The notes: generated from the sequence alone by a model not told the origin. Positions 27,236 to 39,508 are shown, counted from the first letter of the whole stretch. The stretch: 63,717 nt of DNA, filler included, from Octopus bimaculoides (GCF_001194135.2; 8 parts of 5 records of this genome joined end to end with filler, not necessarily neighbours in it), one strand, 5' to 3'. Program-made: numbers and translations.

Positions 27236-27470
27236 TTTTATTCTATTACTTGTTTCAGTTATTCGACAGCGGCCATGCTGGGGCACCGCCTTGAAAAATA
27301 TTTAGTCGAACGAATCGACCCCAGTACTTGATTTTCTAAAGCCTAGTATTTGTTCTATTGGTCTCTCTTGCGGAGTCACTAAGTTACAGGGACGTAATCA
27401 CACAAACACTGGTTGCCAAGTGGTGATGGGTAGTGGGGGGAAAAAGACACAGATACAAAGACACACGCGC
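27236..27470 (-). mobile_element. SINE family B, 3' half
   Basis: ggcggtgccccagcatggccgc tail motif shared with 52258-52722. Confidence 0.8.
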
Positions 27471-27481
27471 ACAAACTCACA

Positions 27482-27524
<43 letters not shown>

Positions 27525-27590
27525 TGTCTCTATGCAGATATATGTGACACGGCTGGCCCTTTGAAATACATGTACAACAGAAACAGAAAG

Positions 27591-27772
27591 AAAGAGTGAG
27601 AGAAAGTTGTGGTGAAAGAGTACAGCAGGGTTCGACACCATCCTCTGCCTGAGTCTCGTAAAGCTTAAGATATTTTCGCTCAATAAACACTCACAACGCC
27701 CGGTCTGGGAATCGAAACCGCGATCCTACGACCGCGAGTCCGCTGTCCTAACCACTGGGCCATTGTGCCTCT
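27591..27772 (-). mobile_element. SINE family C (tRNA-derived head), 5' part
   Basis: tggcccagtggttagg...ggtttcgattcccagaccgg; near-identical to 48970-49150. Confidence 0.8.
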
Positions 27773-27864
27773 GCTATATACATAGATCTAAACAGGACAG
27801 TGTATAAAGGCTTTGGCGCTATACATGTGTACGTGTGTGCGTGTGCGTGTGCGTGTGTGTAGGT

Positions 27865-28050
27865 GCGTGGTTTAGTGGATAGGCATATTGCACTCACGAA
27901 CACCATATCTTGGGTTCGATTCCCAGACCTGTTAGCGTGCTGTGTTCTTCAACAAACACTATAAATGGGTCACCGTGCGATCACTCCCCCGGGGGGGGGA
28001 GTCATTCGAATGCTAAAACCATGTGAAACGCACTGTGACAAACGATAGAG
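27865..28050 (+). mobile_element. Diverged tRNA-headed SINE (family C-like)
   Basis: tggtttagtgg A box, gggttcgattccc B box. Confidence 0.6.
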
Positions 28051-28064
28051 TGGTCGATCACATG

Positions 28065-28097
<33 letters not shown>

Positions 28098-28546
28098 TAG
28101 GCGATACACATGTTTACATATTGGCATTTACATACATCTATACTTACATTCATCCATACACACACACACACACATTGATATTTACTCATTAAAAGACATT
28201 TTCTGCTGTATATACCGTGTAATCGTATCAGACTTTGTGTGTGTGCGCGCGTGCGCTTCCGTGTGAGTGTGCATGACAGCCAGAGAGAGAGAAGAGAAAG
28301 AAAGATAGAGGGAGACACTGAGAGAAATGGCGCTATAATAAATGCTTTGCAATTTTACTTCCTGTCTCTAACTTCCGGTGTTATCACCTTTCACGTGCTG
28401 GGTTATTGCCTCCATTTTGTTTTCATTTTTCTTTTCCTTTTCGCGACAAATCCAAGATTCGAAACTACTTCAACGATTTCCTATTACAATCTAAACAAAA
28501 GCTATTAGCAACTGTTATCTTATTAACGGCATAGTCCAGTAACATG

Positions 28547-28601
<55 letters not shown>

Positions 28602-29007
28602 NNNNNNNNNNNNNNNNNNNNNNNNNNNNNNNNNNNNNNNNNNNNNNNNNNNNNNNNNNNNNNNNNNNNNNNNNNNNNNNNNNNNNNNNNNNNNNNNNNN
28701 NNNNNNNNNNNNNNNNNNNNNNNNNNNNNNNNNNNNNNNNNNNNNNNNNNNNNNNNNNNNNNNNNNNNNNNNNNNNNNNNNNNNNNNNNNNNNNNNNNNN
28801 NNNNNNNNNNNNNNNNNNNNNNNNNNNNNNNNNNNNNNNNNNNNNNNNNNNNNNNNNNNNNNNNNNNNNNNNNNNNNNNNNNNNNNNNNNNNNNNNNNNN
28901 NNNNNNNNNNNNNNNNNNNNNNNNNNNNNNNNNNNNNNNNNNNNNNNNNNNNNNNNNNNNNNNNNNNNNNNNNNNNNNNNNNNNNNNNNNNNNNNNNNNN
29001 NNNNNNN

Positions 29008-29044
<37 letters not shown>

Positions 29045-29046
29045 CC

Positions 29047-29081
<35 letters not shown>

Positions 29082-29235
29082 AGTGCCATTGTCTGTATTA
29101 ATGTGTGAACGCGTGCATTTATAGCAAATGGGAGAATTAAAAAATTCCAAGCGATTGCAGGGAAGGAAGGTGGGAGAAAAGTAGCCGGTCATATCACGTT
29201 GGAAGCATGGCTTTTGATCCCGTCACCGAAATAGT

Positions 29236-29448
29236 GGAGGTACGTGGCTTAGTGGTGAGGATGTCGGACTCGTGATCAGAAGATTGTGGTTTCAATTCTT
29301 GGACCGGGCGATGCATTGTGTTCTTGAGCAAAACCCTTCATTTCTCGTTGCTGCCGTCCACTCAGCTGGCAAAAATTATCTCATCTTGCCACGCACCGGC
29401 GTCCCGTCCACTTGAGGGAATATTATGAGCCGGCATGAGTGGAGGAGG
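29236..29448 (+). mobile_element. tRNA-headed SINE (family C-like) with CORE-like segment
   Basis: tggcttagtgg A box, ggtttcaattc B box, gtgttcttgagcaaaacccttc, ggcgtcccgtcca body. Confidence 0.7.
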
Positions 29449-29462
29449 TCATTCTACATATT

Positions 29463-29530
29463 GTCACCGAATTAAGCAATGTCAAACCAAGTTAGCACTT
29501 AGATGGGTGACCGCTTGGGAAGCCTGGTTA
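29463..29530 (+). pseudogene. Degenerate 5S rRNA fragment (internal control region, about nt 40-110)
   Basis: tcaccgaattaagcaatgtcaaaccaagttagcacttagatgggtgaccgcttgggaa aligns by eye to metazoan 5S (aagcaacgtcgagcc.ggttagtacttggatgggtgaccgcctgggaa). Confidence 0.75.
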
Positions 29531-30001
29531 AACCTAAGTATCTCATTTTCAAGGTGAAGCACCAGCATGGCCGCAGTCCAATAACTGAAACAAGTAAAAG
29601 ACAGGAAAATTTGCTTTCCGTTTGTTTTTGTTTTGTTTTGTTTTGTTGCTTTCTGATTTATAATTTCTCTTGTTAAATACGTAGAAATGCAAATATTTCC
29701 GAAACCTGTTATACAAGTCTGTCAAAGAAATACAACGAAGGAAACTGTTGCTAAGATACTGCGCCATATTTATACAATGGGACAACACTATACAACGTGC
29801 TCTTATTTCGCTATGATATTCTTTAGATTAAAATGTATTAAAGGATAATTTTATAGAATAACAACGAGGTTGGCGGTGGTGGCGGCAGAGGAAAGTGAGA
29901 TTTCCAGGAAAGGTTTTTTCCTCAAATCACATTTTTCCCTTTGGAATAATTTTGTGAATGTTTGTGTTCTTTTTCGTAAACATATGCAAGTGTGCTTTCA
30001 G

Positions 30002-30054
<53 letters not shown>

Positions 30055-31420
30055 NNNNNNNNNNNNNNNNNNNNNNNNNNNNNNNNNNNNNNNNNNNNNN
30101 NNNNNNNNNNNNNNNNNNNNNNNNNNNNNNNNNNNNNNNNNNNNNNNNNNNNNNNNNNNNNNNNNNNNNNNNNNNNNNNNNNNNNNNNNNNNNNNNNNNN
30201 NNNNNNNNNNNNNNNNNNNNNNNNNNNNNNNNNNNNNNNNNNNNNNNNNNNNNNNNNNNNNNNNNNNNNNNNNNNNNNNNNNNNNNNNNNNNNNNNNNNN
30301 NNNNNNNNNNNNNNNNNNNNNNNNNNNNNNNNNNNNNNNNNNNNNNNNNNNNNNNNNNNNNNNNNNNNNNNNNNNNNNNNNNNNNNNNNNNNNNNNNNNN
30401 NNNNNNNNNNNNNNNNNNNNNNNNNNNNNNNNNNNNNNNNNNNNNNNNNNNNNNNNNNNNNNNNNNNNNNNNNNNNNNNNNNNNNNNNNNNNNNNNNNNN
30501 NNNNNNNNNNNNNNNNNNNNNNNNNNNNNNNNNNNNNNNNNNNNNNNNNNNNNNNNNNNNNNNNNNNNNNNNNNNNNNNNNNNNNNNNNNNNNNNNNNNN
30601 NNNNNNNNNNNNNNNNNNNNNNNNNNNNNNNNNNNNNNNNNNNNNNNNNNNNNNNNNNNNNNNNNNNNNNNNNNNNNNNNNNNNNNNNNNNNNNNNNNNN
30701 NNNNNNNNNNNNNNNNNNNNNNNNNNNNNNNNCACACATAGTCACACACACACACATACACAAACAAACACACATACACGCACACATACACACACGCTCG
30801 CACACAGAAATGACACAAAAACCCAAAACATTAAAACGCGAAACAAAGAGCTGCTACGACTCGAACACTTGTCTCCATCTTCTCCTGCTAAACCCCATAA
30901 ATGTCTATCACCCCACTGAAACTAAACAATAAACCCCGCCCCTCTAATTAGTCTACCAGAGATTCCATCGCCGTAGGGGACTCGTCCCTCTTCTCCCACC
31001 CACCCATTTCGCCTTCTTATAGAATTACTAGCATCGTCTTTTAATCCGTTTTTTTTTACTTTTATTTATTTGTTTATATCGCTGTTTGTGTTGTTGTTGT
31101 TGTTTTGTTAGCGTTTTTCTTTTAATTATTTCTTGTAATTATATTTTTCTGTTTCCCGCTGTTTTTGTAGATGCGGAAAAATTAATACAAAACAAAACAA
31201 CAACCTCCTTATCCACCTCCTTATCATCACCATCATCATCATCATCATCACCATCCTCATCTCCCTCCTCCTCCACCTCCTTATCATCATCATCATCACC
31301 ATCACCATCCTCAACTCCCTCCTCCTCCACCTCTTTATCATCATCATCATCAGACTGTTATTGTTGTAAATATTATTTGTTCATTGTTGTTGTTGTTGAT
31401 GTTGATGATGATGATGATAG

Positions 31421-31640
31421 TCTTTTATACTTGTTTCACTCATTAGACTGCGGCCATGCTGGGGCACCGCCTCGAAGAATGTTTACTCAAACGAATCAAC
31501 CTCAAAACTGTTATTTTTCTCTTCTTTTTCCAAGCCTGGTAACTATTCTATCGGTTCTCTTTACCGAACTGTTTAGTTAAAGAGTGCGTAAACACACCAA
31601 CAGCGGTTTTCAAGCGGTAGTGGCGGGGGCAACACATACA
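31421..31640 (-). mobile_element. SINE family B, 3' half
   Basis: Family B tail motif. Confidence 0.8.
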
Positions 31641-31671
31641 CGCATATTTATGGGTTTGGTGATCTCCAAAA

Positions 31672-32028
31672 TTTCGCCTTAGCGAAGCCAGAGGTATTGC
31701 TTCAGTCGTGTTTGTTCGTGGATAAGACATCTCAAGGACCGCAGGGTGGATTCGGATGAAACTTTCAGGAATGTTTGGCCTCGGGACTGACACGAACTGA
31801 TTAGAGTTTGGGATCGATCAGGTACTGGACAAGGATTCTGGATTATTTTTTCGGTTTCTTTACCTAACTTTTGGGATCGGTCGGGTTCATTTTTAGTATT
31901 CTCGTTTGTGAGAGCAGTCGAGTTTATTTTCCTTTTAAATATTCTCATTTAAAAAATCATTTCTGGTTAATCGGTGAAAGGACGTAGGTGTTGCCTTGGC
32001 AGGGGTTTGCACTCTCTGAGTGCTCTTG
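31672..32028 (+). mobile_element. Probable non-autonomous Helentron (HINE/DINE-1-like)
   Basis: 3' gccttggcagggg subterminal motif followed by hairpin GCACTC-tct-GAGTGC (32009-32023); 5' short hairpin ttcgc..gcgaa then gaggtatt. Confidence 0.5.
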
Positions 32029-32245
32029 TGGTGAGCTGGCAGAATCGTTAGCACGCCAGGAAACATGCTTAGCGGCATTTCGTCCGTCTTTACGTTCTGA
32101 GTTCAAATTCCGCCAAGGTTGACTTTGCTTTTCATCCTTTCGGGATCGATAAAATAAGTACCAGTTGCATAATGGGATCCCTGTAATCGACTTAACCCCT
32201 CCCCACAAATTTCAGATCTTGTGCCTGAAAGGGTTATTATTATTA
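32028..32245 (+). mobile_element. SINE family A
   Basis: Head, body and tail similarity. Confidence 0.8.
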
Positions 32246-32754
32246 TTATCAAATTTTTCTAAAAGCAACAGAGTGCTTTCATCCCTCTGCGCTCGATAAA
32301 GTACAGTACCAGTGGTGAACAAGGGTCGATGTAATCGGCCAACAGCCTCTCCACTCATCCTTATATCTTTAATCAAAACTATTACACAAATGACAAATGT
32401 TGTTTGTGTTATAAATTCATACAATATTTTGCTGCGTCCAGTCATTTTAAACCTTTCACCTTTTACTAAGATCCAAAATAACCAACATGCTGTTGGTTTG
32501 ACTTAATGTAGTCCTAGTGTCACTGTTGAACCACAAAAAATAATCTTCGTTACATCAGCAGAGGATAGAATATATAACGCGTACACTTTCGTTGCTTCAG
32601 TAAAGATGTTATTTATTACTGAACTGTAATATTTTGAAATGAAAACAAGATCCATGGAGGAAGTGTCCACCGAATCAAATTCTCATCCAATTTGCCACAG
32701 AATTTACCGCGTTTCGGTCGTTGTTTTCCTGTGTTAACCTAAACGTCTCAAATA

Positions 32755-33120
32755 CAGGTTGATTCAAAAGTCTCCATACATAGGAAAAAATTATTTTCTT
32801 ATAAAAGACAGTTTATAAGATCCCCTGATCTGACCCCTCTTGGTTTCTATCTTTGGGGGCATTTGAAGGCATGGTGTATCGCGGAAAGATAAAAGACATA
32901 AAGCATTTGAAGGAACGCATCACCAACTCCTTTGCACACGTATCAAGAGATGTGTTATTACGAGTTCACATTGAGTGGGGTAAACGTATTGCAATGTGTA
33001 TTCAAAACAATGGTAACCATACAGAGACTGTTAAATAAATAAAAAGAACCCTTTACTTATAAACTGTTTCTTATAAAAAGATAAATTATTCCTATGTATG
33101 GCGACTTTTGAATCACCCTG
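32755..33120 (+). mobile_element. Tc1/mariner internal-deletion derivative, 366 bp
   Basis: TIRs of about 65 bp (cagg(t/g)tgattcaaaagtc.ccatacatagga), TA on both sides, RSPDLTPLGFYLWGHLK...CIQNNGNH transposase C-terminus. Confidence 0.9.
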
Positions 33121-33759
33121 TATAATACATCGTCTAACAGATAAAAAAAAAGAAGCTTTTAGTTATATAATTAATGGTGATCACTTCAATTCATTTCGAT
33201 TATTCCAGTCCCTACGAACTGATCTACACAGATTAGATCTTCAACTGTACGTTACAAAGCCGCGTAGCCTGAATAATGAAAGGTTTTGGACTCACAACCG
33301 TAGTTTGTGATCCTCATTCCTGGATCGAGCGGCAAGGCCTTTGTTTCCATGCTACACCAATCTCCGTAGTTTTACAGAAGCAGCAATTCGGTTCAGCTCT
33401 TTTTCCTTCCAGCTTCCACATCCTTAATGTTGCGCTCGGTCAAAGATGGAAGTGGGGGGTGGGGGTGATGTCTAAATCTGCTCGGGATTCGATAAGTCTC
33501 CAAGCCATTGAGAACATGCGACATGCTCTGCTAAGTCATGCTCGCTCGTGCGTGACGACTAAAGAAATCAACCATAAAAATAATTCGATAAAAAGTGTTA
33601 GGTCTTTGATTTGGGGCAGATTAATAAGATACGTCATTGGCCCCGCGTTGGATTAATCCCGGTTTCGATATATAATCCGGCAAAATATCGAAATACTGGG
33701 ACGCTGAGTCAATTACAAACGATTTAAGCATCATCTTTGTTTTTTTGCTTTAATTTTTA

Positions 33760-33965
33760 TCTTTTACTTGTTTCAATCATTAAACTGCGACCATGCTGGG
33801 GCACCGCTTTGAAGAATTCTCAGTTGACTTAATCGACCCCAGTACTTATTATTTTTAAGCCTGACATTTATTCTATCAGTCTCTTTAGCTGAACCGCTAA
33901 GTTACAAGGACATAAATACACCAACACCGGTTGTCACGTGGTAGTGGAGGAAAAACAAAGACACA
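33760..33965 (-). mobile_element. SINE family B, 3' half
   Basis: Family B tail motif. Confidence 0.8.
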
Positions 33966-33979
33966 CACACATACATATA

Positions 33980-34205
33980 CGATCAGGTGCTGAAAGGTTC
34001 CTGGCTTTAAGGGCGTCGCAAAAGGCCTGGCTGGAAGCCCAACCTTCCGAGTTCTTTTACAGGACTTAGAAAAACTGATGAACCACTGCAATGAGTGTGT
34101 GAATTTGAGAGGAGGGGAATATGTTGAATAAAATCATAATTAACAACTGATCCTCCTCCTGTATTTTCTTTTGCCCAAAGCTAGGAACTTTTCAGCACTC
34201 AGGCG
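33980..34205 (+). mobile_element. Mariner-derived miniature element
   Basis: TIR gtgctgaaa(g/a)gttcct(g/a)gcttt at both ends; internal WLEAQPSEFF...EYVE* C-terminus. Confidence 0.75.
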
Positions 34206-34335
34206 TCTACCAGACTCACTCACAAGGTTTCCTTTTTATCTTTAAGATGATGTATTATATTTGAGACATTTAGGTTAACTCAGGAAAACGACGGACGAAA
34301 TGCGCTAAATTCTGTGAAGAACTGGATGAGAATTT

Positions 34336-34455
34336 GATTAGGTGGACACCTCTTTCATAGATTAAGAGGACACTTCTTTCATAGATTAGGTGGACACTTC
34401 CTTCATAGATTAAGAGGACACTTCCTTCATAGATTAGGTGGACACTTCCTTCATA
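34336..34455. repeat. 24-bp minisatellite, 5 copies, alternating variants
   Basis: gattaggtggacac../gattaagaggacac.. in ABABA order. Confidence 0.95.
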
Positions 34456-35314
34456 TATAGAAGACATTAGCCCAAGGTGTCACGCAGTGGGGCCGAACCT
34501 GGACCATATGGTTGGGAAATAGACTTCTTACCACACAGCCAACATTTTCACCTGTTTTCTTAAATATGTCTAACCAAAAGAAATTTTATCTTTGTTAAAG
34601 TGTATTATTTTGTTATTATCTTGTTCTTGTTGTCTTTGCTGTTGTTACCTGGATCCAGGTAATACCTAAAGGAGTAAGCCAACGACCAAAGACATTCCAG
34701 TGGTGAGCATCTCGTTTTATTTTGTTTGATTTTTAAACCAGCTACGAATACATAATCTAAAGTGCCTTCATTCATTCTGAAACAGAAGACCGTGATTTAA
34801 GGTACAACTGACTGCTATTTCTAATTGAATGTGCTACCACAACGGATCATCAGGGAACACTTTATTCTGTTATGTTACAAAAAATTGATATATATACACA
34901 CACATATACAAACATATATTTACATTTGTGTGTGTGAGAGAGAGGAGTGTGTGTGTGTGTATGTGTGTGCCTGTGTGTGTACGTGTGTGTGTGTGTAATT
35001 TGGTTAAGACCTTAATGATCGTGGTTATTGTATGATCATACACACACACTTGTATATGTGAGAGATAGACAGACAGACAGACGGACAGACAGACGGACAG
35101 ACTGATAGATAGATAGACAGATATGTTTCTATGTATGTATGTATATCTTTCTTTGGCAATGTTTTGTTGCTGTCTTTTAAATTTCAATTTGCTTCAACAT
35201 TAATAAATGTGTTCTTGACGCAAATAGAACGAAATCGTTACAAATCAAAACGGAGATCCACATCCGTCCCACCAGCGCCACCTTTTTAATTACAGGGATG
35301 CGGGCCTCATTTAC

Positions 35315-35385
35315 CGCCATCGATGACCTGGCTTCCAGCAAAGGTCTTTCCAGCGTCCGCATCGTCCCAAACAGACGACAGTTTA
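35315..35385 (-). CDS. Candidate internal exon (exon B), 71 nt, phase 2-1
   Basis: Acceptor gtcatttcag, donor GCG|gtaaat, GC-rich; KLSSVWDDADAGKTFAGSQVIDG (a second frame is also open). Confidence 0.35.
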
Positions 35386-35536
35386 CTGAAATGACACCTC
35401 GTAATAAATGTTTCACGGGTTACGCCTGCCCATCTTCGCTATTGTTTACGGAACTCCATAAATAGCATCTTGTCACCTCCCTCATCTAATAAACCACACA
35501 ATTGAACGCAGCTACCTGTATGTATTTTATTTTACG

Positions 35537-35745
35537 CTTTTACTTATGTCAGCCATTTGACTGCGGCCATGCTGGAGCACCACCTTGAACAATTGTAGTC
35601 GAACAAGTCGACTCCAGTACTTATTTTTCAAGCCTGGTATTTATTTTATCGGTCTGTTTTGTTGAACCGCAAACTAGGACATAAACACACCAATACCGGT
35701 TGTCAAGCGGTCGGTGGATAGAAACACAGACACACCCAAACACGC
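35537..35745 (-). mobile_element. SINE family B, 3' half
   Basis: Family B tail motif. Confidence 0.8.
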
Positions 35746-35792
35746 ACACACACACACACCTCTATCTGTCTATATGTCTGTCTGTCCGTCTG

Positions 35793-35828
<36 letters not shown>

Positions 35829-35856
35829 TATATGTGTGTGTGTGGGGGGTGTATGT

Positions 35857-35975
35857 AGGTGGCCTAGTTGTTTGACTTTTGCACCCACAATCACTAGATC
35901 GTGGTTCGATTCCCGGACCAAGCAGCGCGTTGTATTCTTCAGCAAGACTCTTCACTTCACGTTGCTCTGCGATCA
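35857..35975 (+). mobile_element. tRNA-derived SINE head (family C-like)
   Basis: tggcctagttg A box, ggttcgattccc B box, CORE-like segment. Confidence 0.65.
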
Positions 35976-37260
35976 TTTCGACATTTGATGTGTGCCACAC
36001 ACTTACGTATCTCTACAGACGGTGCTGATTTGCTGCAGGGCGTCAGCTAATGTACAGCGCAGGCATTTGATCGCTGTCAAAAAAAAAATACATTTGTGCA
36101 GGTTCTTCAACAAAAGCTGAACACTTATACATCGTCTTCGGCGGAAGAATCCATCAGATATNNNNNNNNNNNNNNNNNNNNNNNNNNNNNNNNNNNNNNN
36201 NNNNNNNNNNNNNNNNNNNNNNNNNNNNNNNNNNNNNNNNNNNNNNNNNNNNNNNNNNNNNNNNNNNNNNNNNNNNNNNNNNNNNNNNNNNNNNNNNNNN
36301 NNNNNNNNNNNNNNNNNNNNNNNNNNNNNNNNNNNNNNNNNNNNNNNNNNNNNNNNNNNNNNNNNNNNNNNNNNNNNNNNNNNNNNNNNNNNNNNNNNNN
36401 NNNNNNNNNNNNNNNNNNNNNNNNNNNNNNNNNNNNNNNNNNNNNNNNNNNNNNNNNNNNNNNNNNNNNNNNNNNNNNNNNNNNNNNNNNNNNNNNNNNN
36501 NNNNNNNNNNNNNNNNNNNNNNNNNNNNNNNNNNNNNNNNNNNNNNNNNNNNNNNNNNNNNNNNNNNNNNNNNNNNNNNNNNNNNNNNNNNNNNNNNNNN
36601 NNNNNNNNNNNNNNNNNNNNNNNNNNNNNNNNNNNNNNNNNNNNNNNNNNNNNNNNNNNNNNNNNNNNNNNNNNNNNNNNNNNNNNNNNNNNNNNNNNNN
36701 NNNNNNNNNNNNNNNNNNNNNNNNNNNNNNNNNNNNNNNNNNNNNNNNNNNNNNNNNNNNNNNNNNNNNNNNNNNNNNNNNNNNNNNNNNNNNNNNNNNN
36801 NNNNNNNNNNNNNNNNNNNNNNNNNNNNNNNNNNNNNNNNNNNNNNNNNNNNNNNNNNNNNNNNNNNNNNNNNNNNNNNNNNNNNNNNNNNNNNNNNNNN
36901 NNNNNNNNNNNNNNNNNNNNNNNNNNNNNNNNNNNNNNNNNNNNNNNNNNNNNNNNNNNNNNNNNNNNNNNNNNNNNNNNNNNNNNNNNNNNNNNNNNNN
37001 NNNNNNNNNNNNNNNNNNNNNNNNNNNNNNNNNNNNNNNNNNNNNNNNNNNNNNNNNNNNNNNAAAACATATAAAAAACTGAAATAAGGTGAATCTGATT
37101 TCTGCAATGTTTTTAATTGTATTAATTGGTATGGAATAGCGGTTTCTCGTTATGATCAAATTTTGTGGCTACAGTTTGGTCTGAAAACAGTTGATGGTAA
37201 GAGGGACAAAGATACTGACATGGGTGCAGGCAGTCAGAGCACATTATTAACAACAAAAAA

Positions 37261-37465
37261 GGTAGCGAGAAGCTGGCAGAAACGTTAGCAGGCCGGGTGA
37301 ACTGCTTAGCGGTATTTCGTCTGTCTTTACGTTCTGAGTTCAAATTCCGCCGAGGTCGACTTTGCCTTTCATCCTTTCGGGGTCGATCAAATCTGGGGAT
37401 CAAATCGACTGCCCCCCGCCCACCCAAAATTTCGGGCCTTATGCCTAGAGTAGAAAAGATTATTA
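37261..37465 (+). mobile_element. SINE family A
   Basis: Head, body and tail; tail-to-tail with 37503-37717. Confidence 0.8.
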
Positions 37466-37502
37466 ACAATAAATAATAATAATCAAAACAACAACAATAA
37501 TG

Positions 37503-37717
37503 GGTTCAAATTTTGGCACAAGACCAGCAATTTCGTGGGTGGGAGTGATGAGTCTATTACGTCGACCCCAGTGCGTATCTGGTACTTATTTAATCAACCC
37601 GGAAAGGATGAAAGACAAAGTCGACCTGGATAGAATTTGAACTTAGCTTGTAAAGACGGACGAAATGCTGCAAAGCAGATTGTCCGATTGCCAACGATTC
37701 TTCCAGCTCGCAGCCTT
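37503..37717 (-). mobile_element. SINE family A
   Basis: Head, body and tail. Confidence 0.75.
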
Positions 37718-37778
37718 AAAAAGTGGGGATAATAATAAAGCTAGTGGTAATTATTATAATGTTGGTAATGATGATATA

Positions 37779-38657
37779 CAGGGTGCGATGAATAAACTGT
37801 CTCTAAATTACGCAAAAAAAAATGAAAAATAACACTGACATCTCATTTTAACAGATATATTTACCCAAATTACATAAAAATATCTAGAAATACTAGAGTA
37901 AATTTATCCAATAAAATCGCCATTGGCTTCGACCACGGCCTCCAGGCGATTTCGGAATCTCCTGCAACTTTTCTGGATGGTCTTCTTGTTTAAGTTAGTG
38001 AATGCTACCATAAACCGTGCCTTCAGTTCATCTTTGGTGTTACAAGGAGTTTTGTTAGGTCTCTCGCTCAACTGCGCTTCACACATAATAATGAAGAGGG
38101 TTGCAGTTTGGGGAGTTGGGTGGCCAGATGTTAGGGGTGATGTGGTCGCAGAAATTGTCTGACAGCCATGACTGGGTTCTCCTGCTTGTGTGGCGTGGTG
38201 CAGTCTTGTTGCCAGACACAGGGTCTTCCGGCAGCTACCCTCTTGACCCAGGGCAGCACTACCTCCTCCAGGCACTTGATTTTGGCTTTCGTGCTGATTG
38301 TGAGCCCATGTGAGAAGATGAATGGAGGCATAACGTCGCCATCACTAGTGATCACTCCAAACACCATCATGTTGACTGGATGTTTGGTTTTTCTCTCTCA
38401 ATACATCTCCTCAGATTGCACTGTCTTCAGATTGACACCCAAACACTCTGAAGAGTTCGTATTGGAGCTTCCAGCGTGAATGACATGCATGTCATTTCCA
38501 AATGTCTGGCAGAGTCAATAGCGTCATGGCGCTGTTTTTCTCACAGACGGTGCACAACTGACCCTACGATACCGTGTAGTCGACAAAATCAAAAACAAAT
38601 AATACAAATGCGCGAGATTAAAAATATATAATGGCAACAATTTACCCATCGCACCTT
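37779..38657 (-). mobile_element. Tc1/mariner (maT-like) element with internal deletion and disrupted transposase
   Basis: TIRs cagggtgcgatgaataaactgtc / caatttacccatcgcacctt, TA flanks; MMVFGVITSDG..WQQD..WPPNSPNCNPLHYYV*..RLEAVVEANGDFI. Confidence 0.9.
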
Positions 38658-38734
38658 TATGTTGTTTTGACCATCATTGTTCGTTTCGTTCAAATAATAC
38701 TGATGAAATTGCTATTTTGATAGATAACTAGACG

Positions 38735-38817
<83 letters not shown>

Positions 38818-39056
38818 TACATACATCATATATGTGTGGGTAGCCATTTATGAATATCTGTGATTTATATCTATTTTATTTAATAAGTCCTAGACACGCT
38901 GGCTGTCTTTAAGACGGCCTCGCTCGTGTTTAACTTCCTCTCCTTCCGTGCCAATCCGGGGCTAAAATTCTCCCTTGGCAATGTTCCTTCGAAAATTGAT
39001 AAGACGAGTGAATGGCCGCTATTTTCTGATGCATATGAATTAATTATTGTGTTCCC

Positions 39057-39406
39057 AACAGAATGAGATAAAAAAAATCCAAGGCTGTGAAAGTTTTCAG
39101 AACATTTGTAAAGAGGTCTTACCATTGGAACTCACACACAAGGTACAGGAAACTTATATATACACCATTCTGCTTAAATAATGGAACTGCAGATACAATA
39201 TCCCTGCATATCTCACACCTGTTTTTCATTCCTCCATTTCACTTCGTATTTCATTTCTTCTCTATAATAACTATTGCTTAAACATTTTCTCGCACTCTCT
39301 CTAATGATGGGATATAATAAATATCCTGGAAACAGCTGTAAGACCTTCTTCATAAATGTTCTGTAATCTTTCACAGCCTTGGATTTTTTTTTTATCTCAT
39401 TCTGTT
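39057..39406 (+). mobile_element. Penelope-like 3' remnant with an inverted 5' copy of its terminal repeat
   Basis: HKVQETYIY..CRYNIPAY resembles a GIY-YIG C-terminus; hammerhead-like motif; inverted repeat 39057-39122 / 39338-39406. Confidence 0.6.
39298..39344 (+). ncRNA. Hammerhead-like motif with G5A core mutation
   Basis: UCU-CUaAUGA-UGGGAUAU..AUAUCCUG-GAAAC-AGCU-GU-A-AGA. Confidence 0.55.
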
Positions 39407-39508
39407 AATTTTTAGATATATGCTTGCTAACATATGACCTATGTTGGACCCCTCATTCGCATAATCACCGAACCTGGAGCTTAACTATAGTCTGTCCATA
39501 GCACTTAC

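Noticed and set aside
34336-34455. CRISPR-like periodic repeat
   Set aside because: No unique spacers, no cas genes, eukaryotic context.
35270-35286. AGGTGGCGCTG CTCF-like half motif
   Set aside because: The 5' half of the motif is missing; not distinguishable from chance.
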